DNA of 64,000 bases from assembly GCA_977020255.1 (NCBI GenBank), contig CDROCS010001688.1:124001-188000 (forward strand), in the 5' to 3' direction. Origin of the DNA: Obrimoposthia wandeli (taxonomy: Eukaryota). Made by a program: the position numbers and the translations under genes. The notes under the pieces were generated by a model. It saw nothing but the letters and a program-made list of their open reading frames with translations, was not told the origin of the DNA and made no database searches. This document shows positions 29,421-37,562 of the stretch, in pieces. Every line of letters begins with the position of its first letter. The first letter of the stretch is position 1.

Positions 29421-31107
29421 CTCATTAATTGTAACTGTTAACTCTAAAATAATAAGAGATGTTGTTTTTAAAGATGGCTTAAACTTAATTGTAAATAAAT
29501 CATCCGAACTATTTAAAACAGGTAACAGCGTAGGTAAATCTACTCTATCACGTTTGATTGATTATTTATTCATGTCTGATGGTAAAGATATCCATACAGA
29601 TGATGAATTTAAAAAAATAATCCCTGAAATTGAATCATTGATAATAAATAATAGTGTTGTAGTAACTTTGAATTTTACAAGTTACAACAATAAACCCCAT
29701 CAAATATCAAGGTCTCTAGCTATGAAGGCTAGTGATTCAGATTTTTGGGTTGACAATAATGAGGTTGACAAAAATACTTATTTAAAATTCATATCATATT
29801 CTATCTTTGGTCTACTATCAGACAAACCAAGTGTTCGTAATTTATCTCATAAATTCATCAGAAATACGCATACAAAGATGCAGAAAACCTTGAAAGTTCT
29901 TTTCACAAAGACATCTCCTGACATTTATGATGAGCTATATCTTTTTCTTTTTAACTTTCAAGGTTTACCGCTTTTAAAGGATAAAGCAAAATTAAGACGA
30001 GAAATTAACGCATTAACTCGAGACCTTACTGCTTATAATAAGCCAAATAAACAAAGTGTTCTAAAAAAACTAATAAAACCTCTTGAACTAGATGTAAAAT
30101 TGATTGATGAAAAAATAAATTCTTTTGATTTCACCGATAGCCATGATATTTGCGTAGACAAATTAGTTGAAATTCATTCGGAAATTTCTGATTTAGTTGT
30201 TAAGCACTCTAATATTTCAATTAAAGCAAATCAATTAAAAAAATCCATACGCAATATTAATACCTCCATTACAGACGTAAATGGGCAGGATTTAAAAGAC
30301 ATCTATAGTGGAGCTAATGTAGCATTGTCTGATGGTGTTGTGCATTCTTATAAGGATATGGTTTTATTTCACAATAAAGTTATATCAAATAAAGTTAAGT
30401 TTCTTTCTGGCGATTTGGTGAAGCTAGATAATGAACTCCTTAAATTAAATGAATGTATAAACGTACTACATAATGATGAATCTACACTTTTCAAAACAAT
30501 TGTAGAACCTGACGTGTTATCTTCTATATCTCAAATGTATAATAAAAAAACGCAACATATTGAGAAAATAGCTGAAGTGAAATCAACAATCAATAAGATT
30601 CAATCTACAGAGGAAATAAAAAATAATAAGGAAAATGAGCAATGTTCAATTTCTGAAAGAATAGAAAAAAGCATAATTAATCTTGATTCTAATTTGGAAT
30701 TGTTTAATACATTCTTTTCGGAGCTGACAAATGTATTTTATGGAGAACGTTACGTTTTCGATATTAACTTCAATTCAGACAAGGCCAAGTGTGATTTTGA
30801 CATTTCATCTTCAAGCCCTAACCCAACTGGCGGGAAAAAGAAAGGTGAACTTACATCATTTGATTTTGCTTACATTAAATTCATTAAAAGTATTAATTTA
30901 AACCGACCATCATTTATCATTCACGATAGTATTGAAGATGTTGATGTAAATCAGATATCTGACATTTTCAGAGAAGCATCTGTTCTTGATGGGCAATATA
31001 TTGTATCTGTACTAAGTGATAAACTTTCAAATTCTAGCCTTTCTAGCTATCTTGAAACATCGGTTATATTGGAACTATCTGAAAATGATAAATTTTTCAA
31101 GATTTAG
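29410..31107 (+). CDS. lmuB: Short SMC/Rad50-like ABC ATPase (DUF2326 / LmuB-like)
   Basis: F.DGLNLIV, Walker A GNSVGKSTL, long coiled coil, signature GGKKKG, Walker B FIIHDSIE. Confidence 0.85.
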   Translation: MRLNSLIVTVNSKIIRDVVFKDGLNLIVNKSSELFKTGNSVGKSTLSRLIDYLFMSDGKDIHTDDEFKKIIPEIESLIINNSVVVTLNFTSYNNKPHQISRSLAMKASDSDFWVDNNEVDKNTYLKFISYSIFGLLSDKPSVRNLSHKFIRNTHTKMQKTLKVLFTKTSPDIYDELYLFLFNFQGLPLLKDKAKLRREINALTRDLTAYNKPNKQSVLKKLIKPLELDVKLIDEKINSFDFTDSHDICVDKLVEIHSEISDLVVKHSNISIKANQLKKSIRNINTSITDVNGQDLKDIYSGANVALSDGVVHSYKDMVLFHNKVISNKVKFLSGDLVKLDNELLKLNECINVLHNDESTLFKTIVEPDVLSSISQMYNKKTQHIEKIAEVKSTINKIQSTEEIKNNKENEQCSISERIEKSIINLDSNLELFNTFFSELTNVFYGERYVFDINFNSDKAKCDFDISSSSPNPTGGKKKGELTSFDFAYIKFIKSINLNRPSFIIHDSIEDVDVNQISDIFREASVLDGQYIVSVLSDKLSNSSLSSYLETSVILELSENDKFFKI

Positions 31108-31232
31108 CTTGATGTTCCATTGAAAAAAACTGTACTTTAATGGGTTTAAAATTATAACAATAGACAGTCAGGTGGAGCATTTACTTCAGTCAGTATGCAC
31201 ACCTGATTGAAATCATCATATAGAGAGATACG

Positions 31233-31985
31233 ATGAACATTGAAGATTATATGGAATATATTAATCACCGTTTTACAGTAAATTTATTTGAAGGACAGTT
31301 TTCAAACGAATATAGATGTTCTAAGTGTGGTGATGGTGTACTTACTTTTGTTCCAGAACAATTCCATAAACATGAAACACAAGAATCTTTAAATTGCCGT
31401 CATGACGAAGATTGGGAACCTGATTGGATTCAGTATATATTTACTGCATGTTTAGTATGTAAGAGTTGTTCTGAAAATTATGTTGTCTCGGGCACTGGTC
31501 ACCTTCAAAATGAGTGGGATAATGAGGAAGGTTCAATTCATTATGATATTTTTTACCCTAAATTTTTCATACCTACGATTCATATATTTTCGATACCTCC
31601 AAACACTCCTAACTTAATAGCTAATATTATAGAAGCGTCATTTTCTTTAGCTTGGACTGATTATTCAGGGGCTGGTAATAAACTTCGTGTTGCTCTAGAG
31701 TTAATTGTTTCGGGGCTTGTTGCAGATGATACTTTGTCGCTAGGTCACAAAATTAATGCTATTGATGATGAACTAAGCGACATACGTGAAATGCTAAAAG
31801 CCATTAAATGGTTAGGTAATCAAAGTAGTCATGAGGCTAAACTTGAAGAATATGATTTAGCATTCGCGTTTAAAATCACGAAAAGTATTTTGCAACAATT
31901 ATATCCAGCACCTGATGAAACAAAAGCTCTAATGGCTCAAGTCCAAATGGTAAATTACGCTAAAGGCTCTATCGCAAAAAAATAA
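31233..31985 (+). CDS. DUF4145 (HEPN-like) protein with an N-terminal zinc-ribbon
   Basis: CSKC and CKSC pairs; A.NKLRVALELIV, LGHKIN, IKWLGNQSSHE. Confidence 0.75.
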   Translation: MNIEDYMEYINHRFTVNLFEGQFSNEYRCSKCGDGVLTFVPEQFHKHETQESLNCRHDEDWEPDWIQYIFTACLVCKSCSENYVVSGTGHLQNEWDNEEGSIHYDIFYPKFFIPTIHIFSIPPNTPNLIANIIEASFSLAWTDYSGAGNKLRVALELIVSGLVADDTLSLGHKINAIDDELSDIREMLKAIKWLGNQSSHEAKLEEYDLAFAFKITKSILQQLYPAPDETKALMAQVQMVNYAKGSIAKK

Positions 31986-32073
31986 GATCACTTGAAAATA
32001 GTATTCTAGTTAGTTATCCCTAGTGCAGTTAGCATAATGTAATCAATAATTAATATGATAGGAAGAAGAAATA

Positions 32074-32286
32074 ATGAACTCTACAAATGCAAAAGAAATA
32101 GCTCACATGGGAGCTAATATCGAGTTAACAGCGGAATGTGGCATCAATTCTACGAATGCAAAAGAGATTATAAAAATTGTGGTTCAAAACAAAAAGAAGA
32201 TTGTTGTAAGTGCTAAGTGTTATAACTCATTAAATATTAAGGAGATGGTAAAAATTGGTGGAGATTACATCACCATAACAATATAA
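32074..32286 (+). CDS. 70-aa protein with three internal repeats
   Basis: NSTNAKEI / NSTNAKEI / NSLNIKEM repeats; GGAAG RBS. Confidence 0.7.
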   Translation: MNSTNAKEIAHMGANIELTAECGINSTNAKEIIKIVVQNKKKIVVSAKCYNSLNIKEMVKIGGDYITITI

Positions 32287-32311
32287 CAATATAACAATAG
32301 CTTAGAGTGAT

Positions 32312-32353
32312 TAAATGGCTGTTCTAACAGTCAACTCATAGCTGACTGTTAGA
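32312..32353. terminator. Bidirectional hairpin between convergent cargo and regulator genes
   Basis: TTCTAACAGTCA/TGACTGTTAGAA 12-bp stem; a degenerate copy lies at about 33282-33312. Confidence 0.6.
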
Positions 32354-32367
32354 ATGAGAACTACTAA

Positions 32368-32709
32368 TTAACTGCCTCTACGGCTCTTCGGTAGTTCTTT
32401 CAATTGCCTTGCCGTTCTAATTATTTTAGACATGTATTCCCTATCGCCTTCAGCACCAATTTCAATTAAAGCGTTCCCTGTGATTATCCTGTCAGGTGTC
32501 AATCCCCAACCGCTTGGCGTAATCAATTCCCCTTTAGACATACGCCACTGCCTCCAATTATCATCAATTGAAGACAATTCCCGTCCAGAATAAAATTTCA
32601 TTAAGCGCCTACACTCTAGAGGGATCGCCTTTTCATTATCCCACTCAGTGACAGTCCTCACGCTTTTAAAACAAAGTTCTGCTGTCTCTTTAATACTTAG
32701 CTTGTACAA
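32368..32709 (-). CDS. HTH + DUF3653 phage protein (XafT/VC1465-like), copy 2; N-terminus possibly damaged
   Basis: ETAELCFKSVRTVTEWD..IPLECRRLM and W..W.M..GELITPSG; homology extends upstream (ITDNFIFR) to an in-frame TAG. Confidence 0.75.
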   Translation of the reverse strand: MYKLSIKETAELCFKSVRTVTEWDNEKAIPLECRRLMKFYSGRELSSIDDNWRQWRMSKGELITPSGWGLTPDRIITGNALIEIGAEGDREYMSKIIRTARQLKELPKSRRGS

Positions 32710-32804
32710 ATATATACGAAAAATAAAGTTATCAGTTATCTAGTTACTATTATTCAATTGGATACTATTTTTAAAACAATAGATTAAGCCAGAATATGTA
32801 ACTC

Positions 32805-32834
32805 GTTTGGCATAACGAAACCATAATGCACACA
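32805..32834 (-). other. Degenerate dif-like att junction
   Basis: GTTTGGCATAA-CGAAACCA-TAATGCACACA versus dif ATTTAACATAA-GGTACA-TAATGCGTACT; same orientation; about 100 bp upstream of the XafT-like gene. Confidence 0.5.
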
Positions 32835-32838
32835 GAGG

Positions 32839-33285
32839 GTGTTTACTGTTTCCATATCATCTAAATCAGCGCAAAAATCTAGAAATAATGATGCTCTCAA
32901 TTGTAGTGTAAGCAAAAACGTAATTTACGATGTATTCTTTGATAGGTACAAGTCCATTTACTGTCAATTATTGGCGCATACAATGCTTTTACCTGATGTT
33001 GACTATTGTGGAAAAGACTTAATCACTGAAACTGTAAGAAAAGTGTATGCGAAATGTCTTCTTGGAGCGTTTAATATGAATTTAATTAATATAATTAATG
33101 CAACAGATGAAGTGTCTCGGTTAATACTGGAGCTAAAAGAGTCAGGTGCTGAGTTAGATGAATATCAGTTCCAAATATTTGAAAAATCTTTACAAAACTT
33201 AGTTTCATCAACTACTGGATTAAAACCAAACCTAAAAGATTGCGAGCATTGTAAAGGTAAGGGGTATGTAGATTCGATAACATAA
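32839..33285 (+). CDS. Hypothetical cargo protein ending in a CxxCxGxG motif
   Basis: Open 148-codon frame; C-terminal CEHCKGKGY; start uncertain. Confidence 0.5.
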   Translation: MFTVSISSKSAQKSRNNDALNCSVSKNVIYDVFFDRYKSIYCQLLAHTMLLPDVDYCGKDLITETVRKVYAKCLLGAFNMNLINIINATDEVSRLILELKESGAELDEYQFQIFEKSLQNLVSSTTGLKPNLKDCEHCKGKGYVDSIT

Positions 33286-33532
33286 CAGCCAACACCCTGC
33301 TGACTGTTAGAAAAGAGAGCTATTTATTAACTGCCTCTGCGGTTATTTGGTAGTTCTTTCAACTGCCTTGCGGTTCTGATGATTTGTGCGCTGAGGGTGT
33401 TAGAGCCATTTAGAAATGGTATAGATGCGTCACTAACGAAACGTTTACTAATAATGCTTTTAACGCTTTGGTTATCGGGCTGGATGGCTTGGCGTGACGT
33501 ACGTGGGGGTCATTAGGGATTATTAAAATTAA

Positions 33533-33552
33533 TTGTACTTATGATTGTACAA
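33533..33552 (+). promoter_or_regulatory. YefM-type operator pair
   Basis: TGTACT and TGTACA cores 12 bp apart upstream of the antitoxin, as in the E. coli yefM-yoeB operator. Confidence 0.7.
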
Positions 33553-33593
33553 CTATATACTATTCCTAAATAAACACAGCAAAGGCAAACTAA

Positions 33594-33866
33594 ATGGAAA
33601 TCTATACTTACTCAGAAGCTCGACAAAACCTGAAGTCTGTAATGGATAAAGTTGAATCAAACTGCGAAGAAGCAATTATTCATCGTCGCGACGGCGAGAA
33701 TATGGTGCTAATGAGCGAGTCAGAATACAACGGTTGGGTTGAGACAATGAGAATTTATTCTAACCCTGCTCAACGCAAGCACATTGAAGAGTCTATCGAG
33801 CAATTCAAATCTGGTGATGTAAGTGTCTTCTCGCTTGAAGAACTTGAGCGATTATCTAATGACTAG
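33594..33866 (+). CDS. yefM: YefM/Phd antitoxin
   Basis: YTYSEARQNLKSVMDKV..IIHRRDGENMVLMSESEYNGWVET. Confidence 0.93.
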   Translation: MEIYTYSEARQNLKSVMDKVESNCEEAIIHRRDGENMVLMSESEYNGWVETMRIYSNPAQRKHIEESIEQFKSGDVSVFSLEELERLSND

Positions 33867-34122
33867 GCTTATAGCATTCAGTGTAAAATCACTTGCTGAC
33901 TATAACGAATGGGCGTTAATGGACAAAAAGGTGTTCAAGCGCATTGGTAAGCTAATTGTATCTGTCCTTCGCGACCCATACCAAGGAGAAGGAAAGCCTG
34001 AACCACTCAAGCATAACCTTTCTGGTTATTGGTCACGTCGAATAACGCAAGAGCACAGGTTGGTTTACCAAGTAACCGAAACCCACATAAACATAGTCTC
34101 GTGCAAAGAGCATTACAGCTAA
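33859..34122 (+). CDS. yoeB: YoeB/Txe mRNA interferase toxin
   Basis: RDPYQGEGKPEPLKHNLSGYWSRRITQEHRLVY; ATG overlaps the yefM end. Confidence 0.95.
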   Translation: MTRLIAFSVKSLADYNEWALMDKKVFKRIGKLIVSVLRDPYQGEGKPEPLKHNLSGYWSRRITQEHRLVYQVTETHINIVSCKEHYS

Positions 34123-34596
34123 TCACTACACATACAAAAAACAGTGAACAGGTGGCTTCAATCAAAGCGTTCTCTGCAATTATCCTATCAGGTGTTACTT
34201 GACCACAACAATCCCCCAACCGCTTGGCGTTATCAACTCCTCTTTAGACATTAGCCTCTGCCGCCTACTATCATCAAATGATGACAATTCCTGTCCGGAA
34301 TAAAGTTTCAAGAGTTAAAACGTAAAGTGACACTGTGACTAAACAATACATGTCACCCATAAGCTTACGACTTGAACCCGCCTACCCTTAAAAATCTATA
34401 TCGCCCTGTAAGAAGGTAAAGTTTTTTCTTCGAATGCGGTAGCGATCAGCGCTTCGATCGTTTACATGCGGCCTTATTTGACGTCTTAATTTGGCGATTT
34501 GAGTGATTTTAAGTCGCTGTTTTTTATGGGGTTGTTTTTGTTGGCGCTATTTGTGTTTGGTGATAACCTTCGATTCAATATTAGCGAGGAATACTT

Positions 34597-35253
34597 ATGG
34601 CAAAAGATTACGAGGTATTTAATCAAGTCGATTTTTCTAATCAAGATCTGAGTGATTCATATTTTAAGGGCTGTAAATTTTTTAGGTGTGACTTTAACCG
34701 TGCAAACCTAAGAGATGCACGCTTTGATGACTGTGTCTTTATTGAGCAAGGTGCTATCGAGGGCTGTCATTTCGATTATAGTGATTTACGCGATGCATCT
34801 TTTAAGAACTGCAAACTTTCAATGTCTAATTTCAAAGGTGCTAAGTGTTTTGGCATTGAATTTAGAAGTTGTGATTTAAAAGGTGCCAATTTCATACAAG
34901 CAAGCTTCTCTAACCAAATTAGCAATAGTATGTATTTTTGCTCTGCTTATATCACAGGCTGTAACCTTTCCTACGCTAACTTTGAACGACAATGCATAGA
35001 GAAATGCGACTTGTTCGAAAATAGGTGGATGGGCGCTAATCTGCAAGGCGCTTCTCTTAAAGGTTCAGATTTAAGCCGAGGTTCATTTTCTGAAGATTGT
35101 TGGGGTCAGTTTTATATACAAGATTGTGACCTAAGTAATTCAGAATTAAACGGCTTAAACCCACGAAAAGTCGACTTAAGTGGTGTAAAGATCTGTGTAT
35201 GGCAACAAGAGCAATTACTAGAGCAGCTTGGGTTAATCGTATTACCTAATTAG
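34597..35253 (+). CDS. qnr: Qnr pentapeptide-repeat quinolone-resistance protein (QnrVC/QnrC-like)
   Basis: 218 aa; YFCSAYITGCNLSYANF, CDLFENRW, WQQEQLLEQLG. Confidence 0.95.
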   Translation: MAKDYEVFNQVDFSNQDLSDSYFKGCKFFRCDFNRANLRDARFDDCVFIEQGAIEGCHFDYSDLRDASFKNCKLSMSNFKGAKCFGIEFRSCDLKGANFIQASFSNQISNSMYFCSAYITGCNLSYANFERQCIEKCDLFENRWMGANLQGASLKGSDLSRGSFSEDCWGQFYIQDCDLSNSELNGLNPRKVDLSGVKICVWQQEQLLEQLGLIVLPN

Positions 35254-35428
35254 TGTATTCGCTGCGCTTGGTGGAAACACCGTAGCGCGGCTTTAACAAG
35301 ATTGTGACCAATCCAAAAGATGTTAACGCACTTGGCTTTTTTGAACTACCTTACATAGTAGTTTTTGGCTAGCACCGATGTTTACACGTACTCGAATGCT
35401 GTTCTTCAATTTATACAGGTAGTTACAC

Positions 35429-35824
35429 ATGATTAGATTTCTTACATTCACTCTGTTGGCGGTGTCGATTAGTGCCAATGCTGCAACCTCTACAGATTTA
35501 GTAAAAAGCACGACAACATGGGATGGCCATAAACTTCCACCCTATTCGCTTGTGCAACCAGAAGTGACGATAAAAGAAATTATAATAGAACCAGGAGAAA
35601 AACTGCCATGGCACCAACACCCTGTTATAAATGCAGGAGTGCTAATCAGCGGTGAGTTAACGGTTCATACCGATAAGCAGCTTTTGAAGATGAAAGCGGG
35701 TGATAGCCTTGTTGAATTGGTTAACACCTCTCATTATGGTGAAAATACAGGTAAGGTGCCGGCAAAAATTATTGTTTTTTACCTGTCGGAAAAGAATCAA
35801 AAAGTAACCGTATTGGATAAGTAA
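35429..35824 (+). CDS. Exported cupin-domain protein
   Basis: Signal peptide; PGEKLPWHQHP..GELTV..G.SLVE..NTSHYGEN. Confidence 0.85.
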   Translation: MIRFLTFTLLAVSISANAATSTDLVKSTTTWDGHKLPPYSLVQPEVTIKEIIIEPGEKLPWHQHPVINAGVLISGELTVHTDKQLLKMKAGDSLVELVNTSHYGENTGKVPAKIIVFYLSEKNQKVTVLDK

Positions 35825-35921
35825 CGTTATTGAATAAATAACCGTGCAGGATAAGACGCAGTAATTAACGTTGCTTAAACTAACGCTTATGCCTTAAAGG
35901 AATGTGGTAATTGAACGTTTG

Positions 35922-36245
35922 TTAATCGAGTAACCATGTAGAAAGCGAAGCTCTTACATCTGAACAATGCCCAAATTGCACTAAAGGTCTATTGGGGTAG
36001 TCTTGGTCTTTTAACTGACTAATTTGAATAAATGTTTCAGCGTTCACATCGATATGGCTCGCAAAAACCCCATCATCATATTGAAATATAAGGTTATCCC
36101 TTGTTGCGAAAATCAAATCATCTGCTGTATATGTTATTTTTACATTTGAGTTTGATATGGTGCAGATGATGGGAAGCTCCCGAGCAACAACGCTAGATAC
36201 TGAAAATAACAAAGACGCTAGAGTAATCCCCTTCAATATCCTCAT
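35922..36245 (-). CDS. Hypothetical exported protein
   Basis: Signal-peptide-like N-terminus; two Cys; GGAG RBS. Confidence 0.65.
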   Translation of the reverse strand: MRILKGITLASLLFSVSSVVARELPIICTISNSNVKITYTADDLIFATRDNLIFQYDDGVFASHIDVNAETFIQISQLKDQDYPNRPLVQFGHCSDVRASLSTWLLD

Positions 36246-36448
36246 AATTAAACCTATCTCCCATTTATAACAAGAAACTTGCAGAGTTACTCATCAGCTT
36301 AATACTCTTATACCAAAGTATTATACCTATTTATCAACTTATTATACTCAACGCGTAGTATATAGAATGAGTGTATGTTAATGTTTCTTGGTGTTACAGA
36401 TAAGTATATAAGAAGTAACGGCGTGTATCTTAGAGTTAGGGGAATGAT

Positions 36449-37324
36449 ATGGAAATCAAAAAAGCTGAGACTCAAACTTTTGACGCAGATGTAATCCAGC
36501 TCTATTTGCGCGAAATCGCATTAAAGCCTCTTTTAACTAAACATGAAGAAATTTTGTATAGCCGCAAAAGCCTTACTGGTGACAAAGAAGCCAAAAAAGT
36601 TATGATAGAGAGTAACTTGCGTCTTGTTGTGAGTATTGCCAAGAAGTATCGTGGTAGTGGCATGCAACTAAGTGATCTAATTGATGAAGGAAATATCGGT
36701 TTAATTACGTCAGTTGAAAAATTTGACCCAGAGCGTGGATTCCGTTTTTCGACCTATGCAACATGGTGGATCAAACAAACCATCGAGCGCTGTATTCATA
36801 ATCAAGCGCGTACAATTCGCCTTCCTGTTCATGTTTCTAAAGAAATTAATACAATCATTAGAACGCATAAGCAACTAATGAAGAAAAATAACCAAGAGCC
36901 AACACGCGAAGAAGTCGCTGAGAAGTTGGAACGTAGTGTTGACGATATTTCTTCTGTGTTAGCTTACGATGCCCCTATTGTTTCTTTTGATCAAACAATT
37001 AACGATGATGCTAATTCGCAGTCAATTTCAGTCTTTATTGCTGACGATTCTTCTGATAAGCCAGAAACCCAAGTAGATAAAGACGATATAAAAAACCTTG
37101 CTTTAGCAATGCTAGAAAACTTAAACCAGCGAGATCGTGAAATTTTGTGTCGTCGCTTTGGTTTGCTCGGCTATGAAGTTCAGACGCTTCAGCAAGTTGC
37201 GAATGAAGTGGGTTTAACACGCGAACGTATTCGTCAGCTGCAAGTGAGTTCGTTGAAAAAGCTGAAAAACACGCTAGAAAGAGATAATTACGACTTAGAG
37301 TTACTGTTTGCTCAGTCTGCATAA
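36449..37324 (+). CDS. RpoS-like group 2 sigma-70 factor (orphan paralogue)
   Basis: Region 1.2 QLYLREI, NLRLVVSIAKKY, FDPERGFRFSTYATWWIKQ, RTIRLPVHV, GLTRERIRQLQ; no nlpD upstream. Confidence 0.9.
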   Translation: MEIKKAETQTFDADVIQLYLREIALKPLLTKHEEILYSRKSLTGDKEAKKVMIESNLRLVVSIAKKYRGSGMQLSDLIDEGNIGLITSVEKFDPERGFRFSTYATWWIKQTIERCIHNQARTIRLPVHVSKEINTIIRTHKQLMKKNNQEPTREEVAEKLERSVDDISSVLAYDAPIVSFDQTINDDANSQSISVFIADDSSDKPETQVDKDDIKNLALAMLENLNQRDREILCRRFGLLGYEVQTLQQVANEVGLTRERIRQLQVSSLKKLKNTLERDNYDLELLFAQSA

Positions 37325-37562
37325 TACTGATAGAGAAAAGCATCTAATCAAATTAGGTGCTTTTTTTTATCTCTAAAACGTTACACCGTATCATTTCCTT
37401 TCCCAAGTAGTTACAAGCCCTCGGTTTTATACAAATAGAGTATTAAAATTAGCCAGACAACACTTGTTTAGTCAAATTATTACATTTGTGATAGATATAT
37501 GAATGATCAATGCTGATAATTATGTAGTCAGTTTAATTCATTAGTATTGAGTAGGTCTTATT

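Larger units (their letters stand above)
33327..34312 (-). pseudogene. DUF3653/XafT-like copy 3, split by the yefM-yoeB insert
   Basis: 34155-34312 encodes LKLYSGQELSSFDD..ELITPSGWG..TPDRIIAENALIE; 33327-33400 encodes AQIIRTARQLKELPNNRRGS*; both match copy 2. Confidence 0.8.
23290..34330. mobile_element. Composite decayed prophage/IMEX island at dif
   Basis: Three DUF3653-like regulators, inovirus pI/pIV remnants, P5-like fragment, degenerate dif-like site, AT-rich cargo genes; right boundary approximate. Confidence 0.8.

Noticed and set aside
34320-34596. LexA box upstream of qnr
   Set aside because: No CTG-N10-CAG match found by eye.
35254-35335. attC/integron cassette site after qnr
   Set aside because: There is a GAAA-loop hairpin and a TTAAC..GTTAA pair, but no RYYYAAC/GTTRRRY cores; more likely a terminator.
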